Source: Trichodesmium erythraeum IMS101 (lineage in GTDB: Bacteria; Cyanobacteriota; Cyanobacteriia; Cyanobacteriales; Microcoleaceae). Taken from it: DNA of 32,000 nt. A program made the position numbers and the translations under genes. The stretch's first letter is position 1; the number at the start of each line of letters is the position of its first letter. The notes beneath the pieces are model-generated. The model saw only the letters and a program-made list of their open reading frames with translations. It did not search any database and had not been told where the DNA came from. The DNA lies in contig NC_008312.1 in assembly GCF_000014265.1 (NCBI RefSeq), positions 3,450,001 through 3,482,000 of the forward strand, given 5' to 3'. This document shows positions 9,206 to 19,581 of this stretch, in pieces.

Positions 9206-11368
9206 CTAGGGCGAGTGCGATGACAACATCACTAAAATTTTAGGTAATAAATTACTTGGGATTTTAGAAAGAGCTAAATTTTGCCCTTGTATTCCATACT
9301 TATTGTAGAAGGTACGAATAATTCTGAGAATATAATTTACACTAACTTGTTCTTCTTGCATTTTGTTAACATTAGTCTGGGGTTGATCACCATAACCTAG
9401 TAAGTGATGATCTAAAGCTGCTTCTAAATTACTGATTTGACTTTTTTTGTCTAATGTGGTATTGCTAATTGTTGCTATTTGATAGTAGGCAAGTCCAATA
9501 TTATGATGAGTGGCCAATAGGTCGAAAGTAAGTTGAGAAGGAGAAAAATGTTGAGCGATACTTACAGCTTGAGAATAAGCAGCGATCGCTTCATGGAAAA
9601 TTTGAGCGCGAATTTGATTTTCCTCAAATTGGTTAGCCAGATGCCAATAGGCAGTACCTAAGTTATTTTGTGTCGCAGCATAAGCAAGAGGAAAAGCTTC
9701 TCGAGTACGATACTTCAATGCGAGTAAATAGGCATCAATAGCTTTGAGAATTAGATTCTCTGATACTTCTGTCTGAAATTGAGCTAAGTTCCAATAAGCT
9801 ATACCTAAATTATTTTGAATCATTGCATAGTTAATTGGTTCAATTTCTGGCGTAAAGTAATCTATAGCTTCCTCATAAGTAGAAATTGCTCCTTGTAAAT
9901 GCTCAATATCTTGAGTATATTGAGCCAAGTTCCAATAAGCTGCTCCTAAATTATTGAGAGTAGAAGCATAATCTCTAGGAGCAGCTACTTTATCTAGATA
10001 AAAGATAGCTTCCTGATAAGCTCTCAGGGCTCTTTCCCAATTCTGTTGTGGTTGCTGATAAGTAGCTAAATCAGCGTAAGCTAAACCTAAGTTTTTTTGT
10101 AATCTAGCATAAGTGTATTTTTGAAACGAATTAATTTCCCCCATAGCCACTTGATAAAGAACGATACTTCGCTCCAAATAAACTAATAAATCAGACTTGC
10201 TAGACTTGATTTGACGAGATAACATCCAGTATAAAGTACCAAGGTCATTAAAAATGTCTTGAATAGGAATTTGGTATCTAGAAAACTGACTCACATTTTC
10301 TGTATCTTCAGATGTCAACTCAATAACCATCTCATAAGCACGAATGGCAATAATTAGACTTTGCTCTGAGACTTCCCCGGCTAAAATGAGATCGCGATAA
10401 AAATCCCCCAATGTTTGATAAGCTATAACTAACTCTGGAGATGGATATTGATTAGTTTTCAACTCCTGAATTTCTTTAAGGATTTGAAACTGTTGCTTTT
10501 TCAGGGATGTTTTTACCTCTTGAGACTTTCTCGAAATTTCTGCCCATACTAAACTTGCTAGTTCAACTAATTCTAATTCTGGCTGTGGAAGATTTTTTTT
10601 GTGTGGACTTAAGTTAATAGTTAACTCTGACAGTTTTTCTATAGCCGGGGAAAGAAAATAACCTTGAGAATTTTTTGATTCGTAAGATTTTTGTTCGAGT
10701 GCCATCAATGGCCTTGCTATGTTTATGGAAGGTTGGCTAGTTATTGATGGCAAGAAAGATTGAGGTTTTACCTTGTTTGAAAATAATGATTTTTTTTGTC
10801 TAGGAGTTACTGGGGTAGGTTCTCCCTCAAATTCAAATATACCTGTGTGCCAATTCCAAAATTCTGGTGCTGACTGTTTGATAGTATTTAGCCAAGGTTT
10901 AGTCACCCAAAGTAAGATACTAGATTCTAATTTGGATAAATTTTTTTCGATTTTTTTGAGATTGCTAATAAATGACCATTGAACTGCTGAAGGTTGTTTG
11001 GTTAAGTTCTCTACTCCAATAATTTGAAATCCCAAGATTTGATATTCTTCTATTTTTTTAAATTCAGGATTAAGTGCAAACCATTGATTAATCTGAGTTA
11101 CTGGATTAGGATTACTTAGGTTTAAATTTAGAGTAACAAATAATATATTTTGATTGTTATTTATTTTGTTTTTTGATTGTTCTTCCCTGTCATCAATAGT
11201 ATTTGTTAGGTCGGCTTCTAACTTTTCAACTAAGCTAATTTTTAGCTGTTGGTGATCACATACAGCTATAAAAATTTGGCGACGTAGATTTAAGGATAGA
11301 GCTTGTTTTAAGCGTTGATAGATTTGCCGATTCAATCTAGAAATTGTTGGGGCATGAATGTCTATCAC
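9206..11368 (-). CDS. Tetratricopeptide-repeat (TPR) protein with an N-terminal region of about 300 aa and unknown function
   Basis: 720 aa. The C-terminal half contains at least 6 repeats of the type NNLGAAYWNLAQY / NNLGIAYWNLAQF / NNLGTAYWHLA / KNLGLAYADLATY, each followed by A..AY.EA, which is the TPR signature. The codon at 11368 is GTG, so the exact start is uncertain. Confidence 0.8.
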   Translation of the reverse strand: MIDIHAPTISRLNRQIYQRLKQALSLNLRRQIFIAVCDHQQLKISLVEKLEADLTNTIDDREEQSKNKINNNQNILFVTLNLNLSNPNPVTQINQWFALNPEFKKIEEYQILGFQIIGVENLTKQPSAVQWSFISNLKKIEKNLSKLESSILLWVTKPWLNTIKQSAPEFWNWHTGIFEFEGEPTPVTPRQKKSLFSNKVKPQSFLPSITSQPSINIARPLMALEQKSYESKNSQGYFLSPAIEKLSELTINLSPHKKNLPQPELELVELASLVWAEISRKSQEVKTSLKKQQFQILKEIQELKTNQYPSPELVIAYQTLGDFYRDLILAGEVSEQSLIIAIRAYEMVIELTSEDTENVSQFSRYQIPIQDIFNDLGTLYWMLSRQIKSSKSDLLVYLERSIVLYQVAMGEINSFQKYTYARLQKNLGLAYADLATYQQPQQNWERALRAYQEAIFYLDKVAAPRDYASTLNNLGAAYWNLAQYTQDIEHLQGAISTYEEAIDYFTPEIEPINYAMIQNNLGIAYWNLAQFQTEVSENLILKAIDAYLLALKYRTREAFPLAYAATQNNLGTAYWHLANQFEENQIRAQIFHEAIAAYSQAVSIAQHFSPSQLTFDLLATHHNIGLAYYQIATISNTTLDKKSQISNLEAALDHHLLGYGDQPQTNVNKMQEEQVSVNYILRIIRTFYNKYGIQGQNLALSKIPSNLLPKILVMLSSHSP

Positions 11369-12169
11369 AGTTTTCTTAAGGGGATAGGTAAATTTAAATA
11401 ATGTTGACTTGATTTTATGATAAAAAGTTAAGTATTATCTTAATTTTAACTAAGTTATTTAGTTATAGTCAATTATTTTATACCATCTTCTACTCTAACT
11501 ACCCAGAATCAGAAATTTCATAATAAATCAGAGTTTTTTTTACATTACCTAATCATACTTCTAGGACATTCGGTAGTTGATGAAGTACAGTAGCAGTAAT
11601 TTCAAGAGGAGTTTAATAGTTATTGAAGTATCAAATTAATGTTTTATTTTGTTCGGCAAATCTACACCTCATAAATCAAATCAGATTACTTTTGTAAAAT
11701 ATAATAAACAATAAATATTAAATATAAATATCCCTTGCCTTTTTAATTGAAAAAATTTAAAATTACTATATTAAAGGTTGTTTTTTTCTATCGTAAAGTT
11801 GATTATTAGAGTATTCGCTATTAAACAAAAACTAGACCCCCGAAAATTCAAGAACCTAGTTCAGTTTCAGTTATAAACGATTCCTAAAAATAATAAAAGA
11901 CTTTGATCAAGACTTTAGTTATTAATTAATAAGCAAACTTCAGCAATATTTTTAATCATTCTAGGAAAACATATCGCAGATAAAATTTACAACGTGGAAT
12001 AGTCAAACTTTTGTATTATAGGCATCCTGCCCGCTAAATATTATATACATCGCGAACAACATCCCTGCTATATCTTAATTTCTAAGAACCTTAAGCATGA
12101 TCCCTACTATCAATAGAAAAGTAGGGATTAGAGATACTTTTAATATTTTGTGTTATTTATAGAAAAAAT

Positions 12170-12343
12170 CTAAGCTGATACAGAAAAAGCCACAAACACT
12201 AAACTAACTATTAAGAAAGTTCCTAAAGCTCCTAAGATTAGATAAAGCTTTTGTTGGTTTTGATCTGGAGCTTCTGCTTGATAAACTTTTGGCTCTTGAG
12301 CAAAATTATTTAAACGTCCACCTTCTTCTGTTGTATATGGCAT
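12170..12343 (-). CDS. 57-aa single-pass membrane protein, Psb34 / ssl1498-family-like (PSII-assembly-associated, light-harvesting-like)
   Basis: This ORF is below the track's length cut-off. My translation is MPYTTEEGGRLNNFAQEPKVYQAEAPDQNQQKLYLILGALGTFLIVSLVFVAFSVSA*. The N-terminal EEGGRLNNFA.EPK.Y motif followed by one C-terminal TM helix is what I recall for the ssl1498/Psb34 family. It lies 85 bp downstream of thiG on the same strand. Confidence 0.55.
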   Translation of the reverse strand: MPYTTEEGGRLNNFAQEPKVYQAEAPDQNQQKLYLILGALGTFLIVSLVFVAFSVSA

Positions 12344-12428
12344 AACCCAAAGTCCCTATTTCTTTATTATTTCTTAACTATTACTTAGCCTAACAGAAAT
12401 TCGGAGAATATGAGAATATAAGAAATTA

Positions 12429-13268
12429 TTATTCTGAAGTAGTTGTATTAATCTTTCCAGTTACAGGAGAAGAAGGAGTAGCATAACTTTTTTTCGGTAT
12501 TCTGCCAGCTAGATAAGCTAAACGTCCTGATTCTGTGGCCATTCCCATAGCTTTTGCCATGATGGGCGGATTTTTGGCTAAAGCGATCGCTGAATTAATT
12601 AGTAAAGCATCAGCTCCCATTTCCATTGCTTGAGTTGCTTCACTGGGAGTTCCGATACCGGCATCTATTACCACAGGAACAGTAGAATTGTCAATAATTA
12701 TGGAAATATTGGCTGCATTTTGTATTCCCTGGCCTGAGCCTATGGGTGAACCCAAAGGCATAACTGTAGAACAACCAGCCTCCTCAAGTCTTTTAGCTAG
12801 AAGTGGGTCAGCATTAATATAAGGTAATACAGCAAAACCTTCTTTAATTAACTGTTCTGCGGCTTGTAGAGTTCCGATAGGGTCTGGCAGTAAATATTTA
12901 GAGTCAGGAATAACTTCTAGTTTGACAAAATTATTATCTTCTTGGCCTAACAACTTTGCCATTTCTCTACCCAACCTGGCTACTCTTACTGCATCTTCAG
13001 CAGTTTGACAACCAGCAGTATTAGGCAACATCCAGACTTTTTGCCAGTCTATAGCTTCTGCTAACCCTTTATGGCCAGGAGCTTGAGTTTGTACTCGTCG
13101 TACTGCTACAGTGATAATTTCACATTTACTAGCCTCTATACTTTGCTGCATTGTCTCAATAGTCGGATACTTGCCTGTGCCTGTCATCAGACGAGAGGTA
13201 AACTTTTTACCGGCAATAATTAGAGGTTTTTCTAGAGTTTCTGTAGTTAATTTTTCAACTGTTTGCAT
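12429..13268 (-). CDS. thiG: Thiazole synthase ThiG
   Basis: 279 aa with ATG start. Diagnostic blocks are [78 protein letters not shown] and [30 protein letters not shown]. Confidence 0.95.
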   Translation of the reverse strand: MQTVEKLTTETLEKPLIIAGKKFTSRLMTGTGKYPTIETMQQSIEASKCEIITVAVRRVQTQAPGHKGLAEAIDWQKVWMLPNTAGCQTAEDAVRVARLGREMAKLLGQEDNNFVKLEVIPDSKYLLPDPIGTLQAAEQLIKEGFAVLPYINADPLLAKRLEEAGCSTVMPLGSPIGSGQGIQNAANISIIIDNSTVPVVIDAGIGTPSEATQAMEMGADALLINSAIALAKNPPIMAKAMGMATESGRLAYLAGRIPKKSYATPSSPVTGKINTTTSE

Positions 13269-13806
13269 TGTTTAATTTTGATGTTTATAACTATAGCAGT
13301 CCTAAATATTATGTCTAATAACTGAACTTCTTAAAAATATCTCCAACTCCTGTTCCTTCTGCTTCCTATATCTTGCTTTAAAGCAGCCCCAATTTTTTAT
13401 TTTCGAGGTAGGACTGATGTAATAATTCATAGTAAATACTAGAACACTCACCGATTAAATGATTATGTGTATATCATAAATTTATTCCATCACCAACAAG
13501 TATCAACTACTTGGGAAATGCTCAAAAAAATATGATTTTAACTTATTTTTCAGCTTTCATTAATTAGATTAAATTAGATTATGATATTTTTCATTTTGAG
13601 CTTTATTGAAATTTTCTTAATGTTATAAAGCAAGTCATATTTTTGCAGGTGTTAAGAGATTAGGAATAACTAAAAAAGCATTTAGTATGAAAAATTTAAA
13701 TTGACGTTTTATTTTTTCTCTTGATAGTGTTTAACCTGTTAAATATTCATATATTTTTTCATTATTTTGTAGTAATTAATTATTAAGCATCAAAAAATAA
13801 GGAAAA

Positions 13807-14216
13807 AGTAGGAAGTAAGCCGGGTTCTGTTCTCTCAACTCAAACAAGCTTTGAGGGCAGTTATCTATCTGGGATGCCTGTTACCAGACACCTCTTGCGG
13901 TACACCAAACATTACAAATAAATCTATAATGCAATGGAACCGGAAAAAGACCAACCATTGTTCCTTCGACCTTGCTCCCCGCCGGGGTTTACCGAGCCAG
14001 TATCTCACGACACTGCTGGTGCGCTCTTACCGCACCTTTGCACCCTTACCTGAAGTGACTAAACAATAATAATTAATCTACTTTGGCGGTATTTTTCTGT
14101 GGCACTATCCTCACGATCACTCGCACTGGGCGTTATCCAGCAGGCTTGGTCTTTTGGGAGCCCGGACTTTCCTCAGACCCTAAATAAGTATTGAGTCCGC
14201 AACTGCCTCTTCTACT
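13807..14216 (-). ncRNA. rnpB: RNase P RNA (bacterial type A, cyanobacterial form)
   Basis: The reverse complement contains the universal P4 strands GAGGAAAGUCCGGGCUCCCAAAAGACC (near 14150-14180) and ACAGAACCCGGCUUAC (near 13815-13832). It also contains GCUGGAUAACGCCCAGUGCGAGUGAUCGUGAGGAUAGUGCCACAGAAA, GGUAAGGGUGCAAAGGUGCGGUAAGAGCGCACCAGC and CUCGGUAAACCCCGGCGGGGAGCAAGGU, all hallmark RNase P RNA blocks. The ends are set by P1 pairing (AGUAGAAG / CUUCCUACU) and are good to about +/-5 nt. Confidence 0.95.
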
Positions 14217-14416
14217 TTTTCCTATTTAAATTATTGTATCACAGGAGTGAGGCAAATACCCTACATTTAATCTAGTTATTGAATGAGATATTTATAACTA
14301 AAGGATTAAATTCATCCCTAAAAAATCCAAATTACAAGGTGATGAAACTACCACTAATTTTTCGTAAAAACATGGATAATTAATCCTACTCCTAATCTTT
14401 CCTATTCTCTATTCGT

Positions 14417-15613
14417 ATGAAAACAAAAAATATACTTTTTTTAAGTAATGGTCATGGAGAAGATGCCCATAATTGTCAAATTATTAAAGCTTTTACAAAA
14501 ATTTCTCCAGATACAAATATATCAGCTTTACCTATTGTTGGTGTTGGTAATAGTTATGAAAATTTGAATATACCAATTATTGGTCCTCGAGTAAATATGC
14601 CATCAGGAGGATTTTTATATCTCAGTCCTTTATTATTATTTGAAGATTTGGGAAAAGGTTTAATTAGTTTAACTTGGCAGAAGTTACAAACTATTTGGAC
14701 ATTTGCGAAAAACTGTGATTTAATTATGGCTACTGGAGATATTGTAGTGGCAGCTATGGCTTATTCGACAAGGCTTCCTTATATGATATTTCTTTCGGCT
14801 GATTCTAGTTATTATGAAGGTCGGATTAATTTGGGTTTAATATTGCCAAAGTTACTTCATAATTCTCGATGTTTAAAGGTTTTTGCTAGGGATGCTTTGA
14901 CGGCTAAAGATTTAAAAAGACAAGGAGTTACAAAAACAGAATTTGTTGGTACTCCAGTGATGGATAATTTAATTTCAACTGGAAAAAATTTACGGCTTAA
15001 AACGGAATTGTTTACTATTGCTATTTTGCCTGGTTCTCGGTTGCCGGAAGCTGGTAAAAATTTATGTTTGCTGTTGAAACTGGTTAGAGAAATTGTCAAA
15101 GTTATGGGAGTAAATGTTTGTCAGTTTCGAGCTGCAATTGTTCCTATTTTAATGTTTGAATTAGAGGCGATCGCTATTTCTGAAGGTTGGGAATGTCAAG
15201 GAAGTAAGCTAACATTTTTTACTCAGGAATATACAATAGAAGTAATTTGTTATGAGGATGCTTTTGCAGATATTTTACAACATTCAAGTTTGGTAATTGG
15301 TATGGCTGGAACTGCAATAGAACAAGCTGTGGGTTTAGGCAAACCTGTAATTACTATTCCTGGTGAAGGTCCTTCATTTACCTATCGTTTTGCGGAAGCT
15401 CAAACTAGACTTTTAGGTTCTTCTGTACAGGTTATTGGTAAAAGAATGGCTAATAGTTTTATTCTCCAAGAAGCAGCTAGAAAAGTTAAAGAAATTTTGG
15501 CAGATGAAGAGTATTTACAAAGTTGCATTAATAATGGTTTAGAAAGGATGGGGAAGCCTGGTGCTAGTGAAAAAATAGCTAATTATCTTGTTAAGTATCT
15601 GAGTTCAGACTAA
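14417..15613 (+). CDS. Lipid-A-disaccharide-synthase-related (LpxB-like, GT-B fold) protein
   Basis: 398 aa with ATG start. The N-terminal FLSNGHGEDAHN motif and the C-terminal GMAGTAIEQAVGLGKPVI glycosyltransferase-like nucleotide-sugar loop match my memory of the cyanobacterial 'lipid-A-disaccharide synthase-related protein' family. This is unverified. Confidence 0.6.
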   Translation: MKTKNILFLSNGHGEDAHNCQIIKAFTKISPDTNISALPIVGVGNSYENLNIPIIGPRVNMPSGGFLYLSPLLLFEDLGKGLISLTWQKLQTIWTFAKNCDLIMATGDIVVAAMAYSTRLPYMIFLSADSSYYEGRINLGLILPKLLHNSRCLKVFARDALTAKDLKRQGVTKTEFVGTPVMDNLISTGKNLRLKTELFTIAILPGSRLPEAGKNLCLLLKLVREIVKVMGVNVCQFRAAIVPILMFELEAIAISEGWECQGSKLTFFTQEYTIEVICYEDAFADILQHSSLVIGMAGTAIEQAVGLGKPVITIPGEGPSFTYRFAEAQTRLLGSSVQVIGKRMANSFILQEAARKVKEILADEEYLQSCINNGLERMGKPGASEKIANYLVKYLSSD

Positions 15614-15878
15614 GTTTATAGGGTGAATTACTAAGTTGATATTAAGATGGCTAGAGTATTTAATATTGATGGTTTTGGGAGGGGGATTTTCAGGTTTTGC
15701 TTTCTGATGATTCAGTTAAGTATTGTGGCTTTTTGATGTGGCTAATATCTAAAACTTATTCTGGACGAAAAATTCTGGGTGACAAAAAAATTAATAGGGA
15801 GAATAAAGGGCTTTGAATTATATTTTTTAATATTTTTAATGGCATAAGTAGATACACAAGATTAATTTAATAAGGTTG

Positions 15879-16922
15879 CTAGAAACGACAAATTGATTCT
15901 GGTTGTATAGGACAGGTTTTTTGAGTAAGTGGGTTATTTCGCAGATGTAGAGATTTTAATTTTGCTAGAGTTGATAAGGAGCTAATATCTGTTATTTTGT
16001 TGCGACTTAAGTCTAATAAGGTAAGGTCGTTTAAGGTTGATAAAGAATCTACTTTTGTAATTTGATTGAAAACTAGGAGAAGAGATTTGAGGTGATTTAA
16101 ATTAGAGAGGTTTGAGATTTCTTTGATGTAGTTATCGCTGAGGCTAAGGTAAGTTAGGTTGGTAAGATTAGAAAGAGATGAAATATGGCTTATTTGATTT
16201 CGATATAGATATAGGTTTGTGAGGTTTGTTAGGCTCGAGAGTGGGGAAAGTTCCTTGATATTATTATCATTAAGATATAGGTGGGTTAAGTTGGTTAGAT
16301 TTCTTAAAGGTTTGATGTTTTTGATGTGGTTTACTCCAAGATTTAGTCGAGTTAATTGAGTTAGGTTGGATAGGGAAGATATATCTTCTATTTGATTAAA
16401 AATTAGGTTGAGATGAGTTAGTTTGCCTAAGTTGGATAAGGAGGATAAATTTTTGATTTTATTATCGTTGATACTAAGGTGAGTTAGGTTGGTTAATTGA
16501 GATAGGTCAGCAATATTTATGATTCTATTATTATCTAAATATAAATGAGTTAGTTTTTGGAGTTTAGAGAGGGGGAAGAGTTCTGAAATTTCATTGTTAT
16601 TCAGAGATAGTTGAGTGATATTTTTGAGGGTAGATATTGGGAGAATATTTCTAATCTGATTATTATTTAGGGAAAAATAGGAGAGTTGGGAAAGTTTTTC
16701 TTCTGCTTCAATACAATTTTGAGTTTTTACTTTTTGCAAAATAATTTTAATTGTGTATTGGGCACTGGGAGAAATATTGCTTTGATTTAAACACCATTCT
16801 CTAAAGGTGGAAAATTTTTCTGGGGAGATGGGGCTGGCATTTACAGAGTTTTGTTTTAAGAGTATTGTTGAGCAAATATAAATGCTAAAAAAGATGGTTT
16901 TTAGGTTTTTTAATGTTAACAT
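15879..16922 (-). CDS. Secreted leucine-rich-repeat (internalin-like LRR) protein
   Basis: 347 aa with ATG start and a hydrophobic N-terminal signal-like segment (IFFSIYICSTILL). About 12 consecutive 22-residue repeats follow the pattern LS.LTNLT.L.L..N.I..I.. Confidence 0.85.
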   Translation of the reverse strand: MLTLKNLKTIFFSIYICSTILLKQNSVNASPISPEKFSTFREWCLNQSNISPSAQYTIKIILQKVKTQNCIEAEEKLSQLSYFSLNNNQIRNILPISTLKNITQLSLNNNEISELFPLSKLQKLTHLYLDNNRIINIADLSQLTNLTHLSINDNKIKNLSSLSNLGKLTHLNLIFNQIEDISSLSNLTQLTRLNLGVNHIKNIKPLRNLTNLTHLYLNDNNIKELSPLSSLTNLTNLYLYRNQISHISSLSNLTNLTYLSLSDNYIKEISNLSNLNHLKSLLLVFNQITKVDSLSTLNDLTLLDLSRNKITDISSLSTLAKLKSLHLRNNPLTQKTCPIQPESICRF

Positions 16923-17630
16923 TCGTACCTCACATACTTGACATTTGCTGTCGTGCTAAGGCTGAAAACAACAATGCTATTCTTGATTAAACTTCAATTT
17001 AAGTCAGGTTTTTACTAAATTGATAACACTTTCTTATTCAGTTTTTTAGTAGGTTTTGTTACATAATCAATCAAGATAGTTTGAGATAATATAATCATAT
17101 TTTTATAATTTTGTTTGACAAATGAAAACTTTTAGTGTAGGTTAATAATATAGTTTAATTAGTTTTAAACAATCTTAGGGCATAAGTATTCAGCACTGTA
17201 TTTAGTTAGCTCAAGCTCTCTTCCTAGTCGTGTTGGGATAAAAGATGTATGAAAGTAATAAGTTACTAAGTAATAAGTTACTAAGCTGAACTAATCATCT
17301 TTTTCCTGCCGGGCTTTAAATTCTTCTTCTTGGGTTATTAATGTTTCTTTTCCTTCTAGCTGATGGCTGACTCTGAAGGGCTGAATGCTTACCTTAAGAC
17401 TAATAACAGGATTTGGTATGGTATACTTTCCCTTCACCCAGACTTACTAATATCCATAAATGACCAATTGAATTGTCTCTACAAATTAGTCGCTCCCTGG
17501 AACAATATTTATGTAATATTTTTTTTCAGTAAATCTTTATACAGAATATTTAATTTTTGTAAATATGTATTTACGAATACAGAAATAAGTGAAATAATAA
17601 TATTGTCACTATTCAGGAGGGTTGAGTTCC

Positions 17631-17837
17631 ATGGAATTTGAGAATTATCAGAGTAGATCTGTTTTAGACCGGGTTACCGCTAGCTTTTTTGTAGCCTTTA
17701 CTATGTTCATAGTTAGTTACACTGCAACACGGGTTTATCTAAGCCACTCATCGGAAATAAATATTCAAACACGATCAGATGTCATACCCCATCCGGGTTC
17801 GTTGTGGAGCGACTTGGGTAAGGGACTTGGGCAGTAA
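17631..17837 (+). CDS. 68-aa hypothetical single-pass membrane protein
   Basis: The track ORF starts at a TTG at 17622. An ATG at 17631 sits 10 nt after a strong AGGAGG (17615-17620), giving MEFENYQSRSVLDRVTASFFVAFTMFIVSYTATRVYL... with one TM helix. A decayed paralogous copy lies about 870 bp downstream. Confidence 0.5.
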   Translation: MEFENYQSRSVLDRVTASFFVAFTMFIVSYTATRVYLSHSSEINIQTRSDVIPHPGSLWSDLGKGLGQ

Positions 17838-17865
17838 ATAACTTGAATATTGCAAAAAGTCTTTG

Positions 17866-17921
17866 AAATAGAATAGGCGATCGCTTTTTTTTGGTAATAG
17901 GAGCGATCGCCTATTCTATTT
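17866..17921. repeat. Perfect 20-bp inverted repeat centred on two HIP1 sites (possible terminator or palindromic element)
   Basis: AAATAGAATAGGCGATCGCT (17866-17885) is the exact reverse complement of AGCGATCGCCTATTCTATTT (17902-17921), with a 16-nt loop. It lies 28 nt after the stop of the 68-aa ORF. No canonical U-tract follows the stem. Confidence 0.5.
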
Positions 17922-18233
17922 AAATATCAAACTAATAGAAAAGCTTAGGACTTAGGCACCACTAACTATATACCTAGAATTATGTGTAATTATATCTCTA
18001 CTACTCAAACATACCAGTATATTTTTTTGTTCGTAAACTAACCCTATTTAAAATTTGTATTGCTCAAAAGAGTTTTACCTAAGACCTTGACTTTTAAAGC
18101 GGAATATCTTAACAAAGTTACTCCAGCAGAGCCGTCACAAAAATAACTAATGTAGACTGTGCTACAGAATAAATCTCAATAAATTGAGATAATTTCATAA
18201 AATATTAATAATTTAATTAATAAGGTAATAAGT

Positions 18234-18392
18234 ATGAGCACCTTTAACTTAGTTAGTTTAGCATTTCCAGCTATCTTAGGAATAATAACGGGAATTGGTC
18301 ATGGAATACTTGCCCATCATATAGACTTACCAATGTCCATAGCTGAACAATTTAAGTTGTCTGAAAAAATTAATAGCTCCTGGGAAAAATAA
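18234..18392 (+). CDS. Possible 52-aa hydrophobic peptide (hypothetical)
   Basis: ATG-initiated ORF below the track cut-off: MSTFNLVSLAFPAILGIITGIGHGILAHHIDLPMSIAEQFKLSEKINSSWEK*. It has one hydrophobic segment, no clear Shine-Dalgarno and no family I recognise. Confidence 0.2.
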   Translation: MSTFNLVSLAFPAILGIITGIGHGILAHHIDLPMSIAEQFKLSEKINSSWEK

Positions 18393-18506
18393 GTTTTGGG
18401 AAAATATTTAATATTGATCTATAAAAAATAGAAATGATAACTGAAATCTTAAGTGATAAAAGACTAGATTATAGTTAGTTCAATAGATAGATGGATATCT
18501 AGTCAT

Positions 18507-18710
18507 ATGCAATTTCATAGTTCTCAAAAGATATTTATTTTCAAGTATTTTATGGCCAGCTTTCCCGTAGCTTTTGTAATTTTTGTATGAAGTTATACAT
18601 CAACACGGGCAACAAGGATTTATTAAAATAAGTTATCACAGGTAAACTTTCAGGTAGGATCGGATGTGAAACCCTATCCAGCTTCGTTGTGGATAGACTT
18701 GAGTAGTAAA
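18507..18710 (+). pseudogene. Decayed duplicate of the 17631..17837 small-protein gene
   Basis: Nucleotide similarity to copy 1 is visible by eye, for example ...CAACACGGG..., ...GGATGTGAAACCCTATCCAGCTTCGTTGTGGA... versus ...AGATGTCATACCCCATCCGGGTTCGTTGTGGA..., and ...TAAATAA(A/C)TTGAATATT..AAAAAGTCTTTGA.ATAG. Premature stops interrupt the frame (MQFHSSQKIFIFKYFMASFPVAFVIFV*). It is followed by its own HIP1 hairpin, AGGCGATCGCT 18747-18757 / AGCGATCGCCT 18774-18784. Confidence 0.5.
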
Positions 18711-18867
18711 TAAATTGAATATTAAAAAAAGTCTTTGAGATAGTTGAGGCGATCGCTTTTTTTGGTGATAGGTAGCGATCGCCTAGATCATCATTCTATC
18801 TATACAAATTTTTTGAATATAAAACCAGTGGAAAAGACTAGGACTGACGCACCATTATAAAAAACTA

Positions 18868-19581
18868 CTACTCTACTCTTCCATATCTGGCCACAACTTT
18901 ACCTTGATCATTAGTTAACCAAGCCCACATTTGGTCGCCTAGGGAAAAATGCCACCATTCCTGTGGATGCTGTTGAAACCCCCCAAATATCATGACTTCT
19001 GCTAATAATTGTCGATGTTGATGATATTTTTGAGCTTCTTCATTCTGGAGCTCTAAAAAATGTTTGGGATAGGAGCGAGGGGATAATTCATCAATGGGAG
19101 AGCCCATATTAATGATTTTGCCATTGGCATCAACTAAGGTGACATCTACAGCAGCACCAGTGCTATGAGGTGGTGGTGTCCTAGGATCTGAATTGGGAGT
19201 TGCCCAAAACTGATAAACTAGCTCTAAAATTTCTTGGCGTTTTACTTCGGTTAAAGACGGACTATCTAATGTTAAACCATGAGCTTTTACTGTTTCTGTA
19301 AAAGTATAATCTACCATAAATTTTTGTATGATAATAGGGCGATAAGCATCAAATATTTGGATTTGCCAACTGGGATAATTTTGTTGTAATTTTGTTTGAG
19401 CTGTTATTAAGCTATCTAATACTTTTTGACGTAAAAAATAAGGTGATTTTGTTTGAGAAAGATGATAGGGAGCACCTAGTTTTTGATAGGGATGAGGTGA
19501 TTCTATGGCAAATAATTCTAAGGGAATTGGAACTAAGGGCTCGTTACATTCTTGAATTTTAATTTTTTGGTAAGGTTTCAT
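18868..19581 (-). CDS. D-alanyl-D-alanine dipeptidase, VanX/DdpX (peptidase M15D) family
   Basis: 237 aa with ATG start. Zinc and catalytic motifs are in the right order: FDAYRP, PPPHSTGAAVDVTL (S.H..G.A.D) and QEWWHF (EWWH). Confidence 0.8.
   Translation of the reverse strand: MKPYQKIKIQECNEPLVPIPLELFAIESPHPYQKLGAPYHLSQTKSPYFLRQKVLDSLITAQTKLQQNYPSWQIQIFDAYRPIIIQKFMVDYTFTETVKAHGLTLDSPSLTEVKRQEILELVYQFWATPNSDPRTPPPHSTGAAVDVTLVDANGKIINMGSPIDELSPRSYPKHFLELQNEEAQKYHQHRQLLAEVMIFGGFQQHPQEWWHFSLGDQMWAWLTNDQGKVVARYGRVE

Noticed and set aside
13269-13450. TPP (THI-box) riboswitch expected upstream of thiG
   Set aside because: I looked on the minus strand for the conserved CUGAGA and ACCUGAUCUGGAUAAUGCCAGCG-type elements and found neither. 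thiG appears to lack a THI-box leader here.
13851-14069. 72-aa plus-strand track ORF
   Set aside because: It lies entirely inside the minus-strand RNase P RNA gene. Its locally high G+C comes from the structured RNA, so the ORF is spurious.
17363-17641. 92-aa plus-strand track ORF
   Set aside because: It has no ribosome-binding site, an odd composition (...IYVIFFFSKSLYRIFNFCKYVF...) and no recognisable family. It also runs across the AGGAGG/ATG start region of the better-supported 68-aa ORF. It is most likely non-coding.
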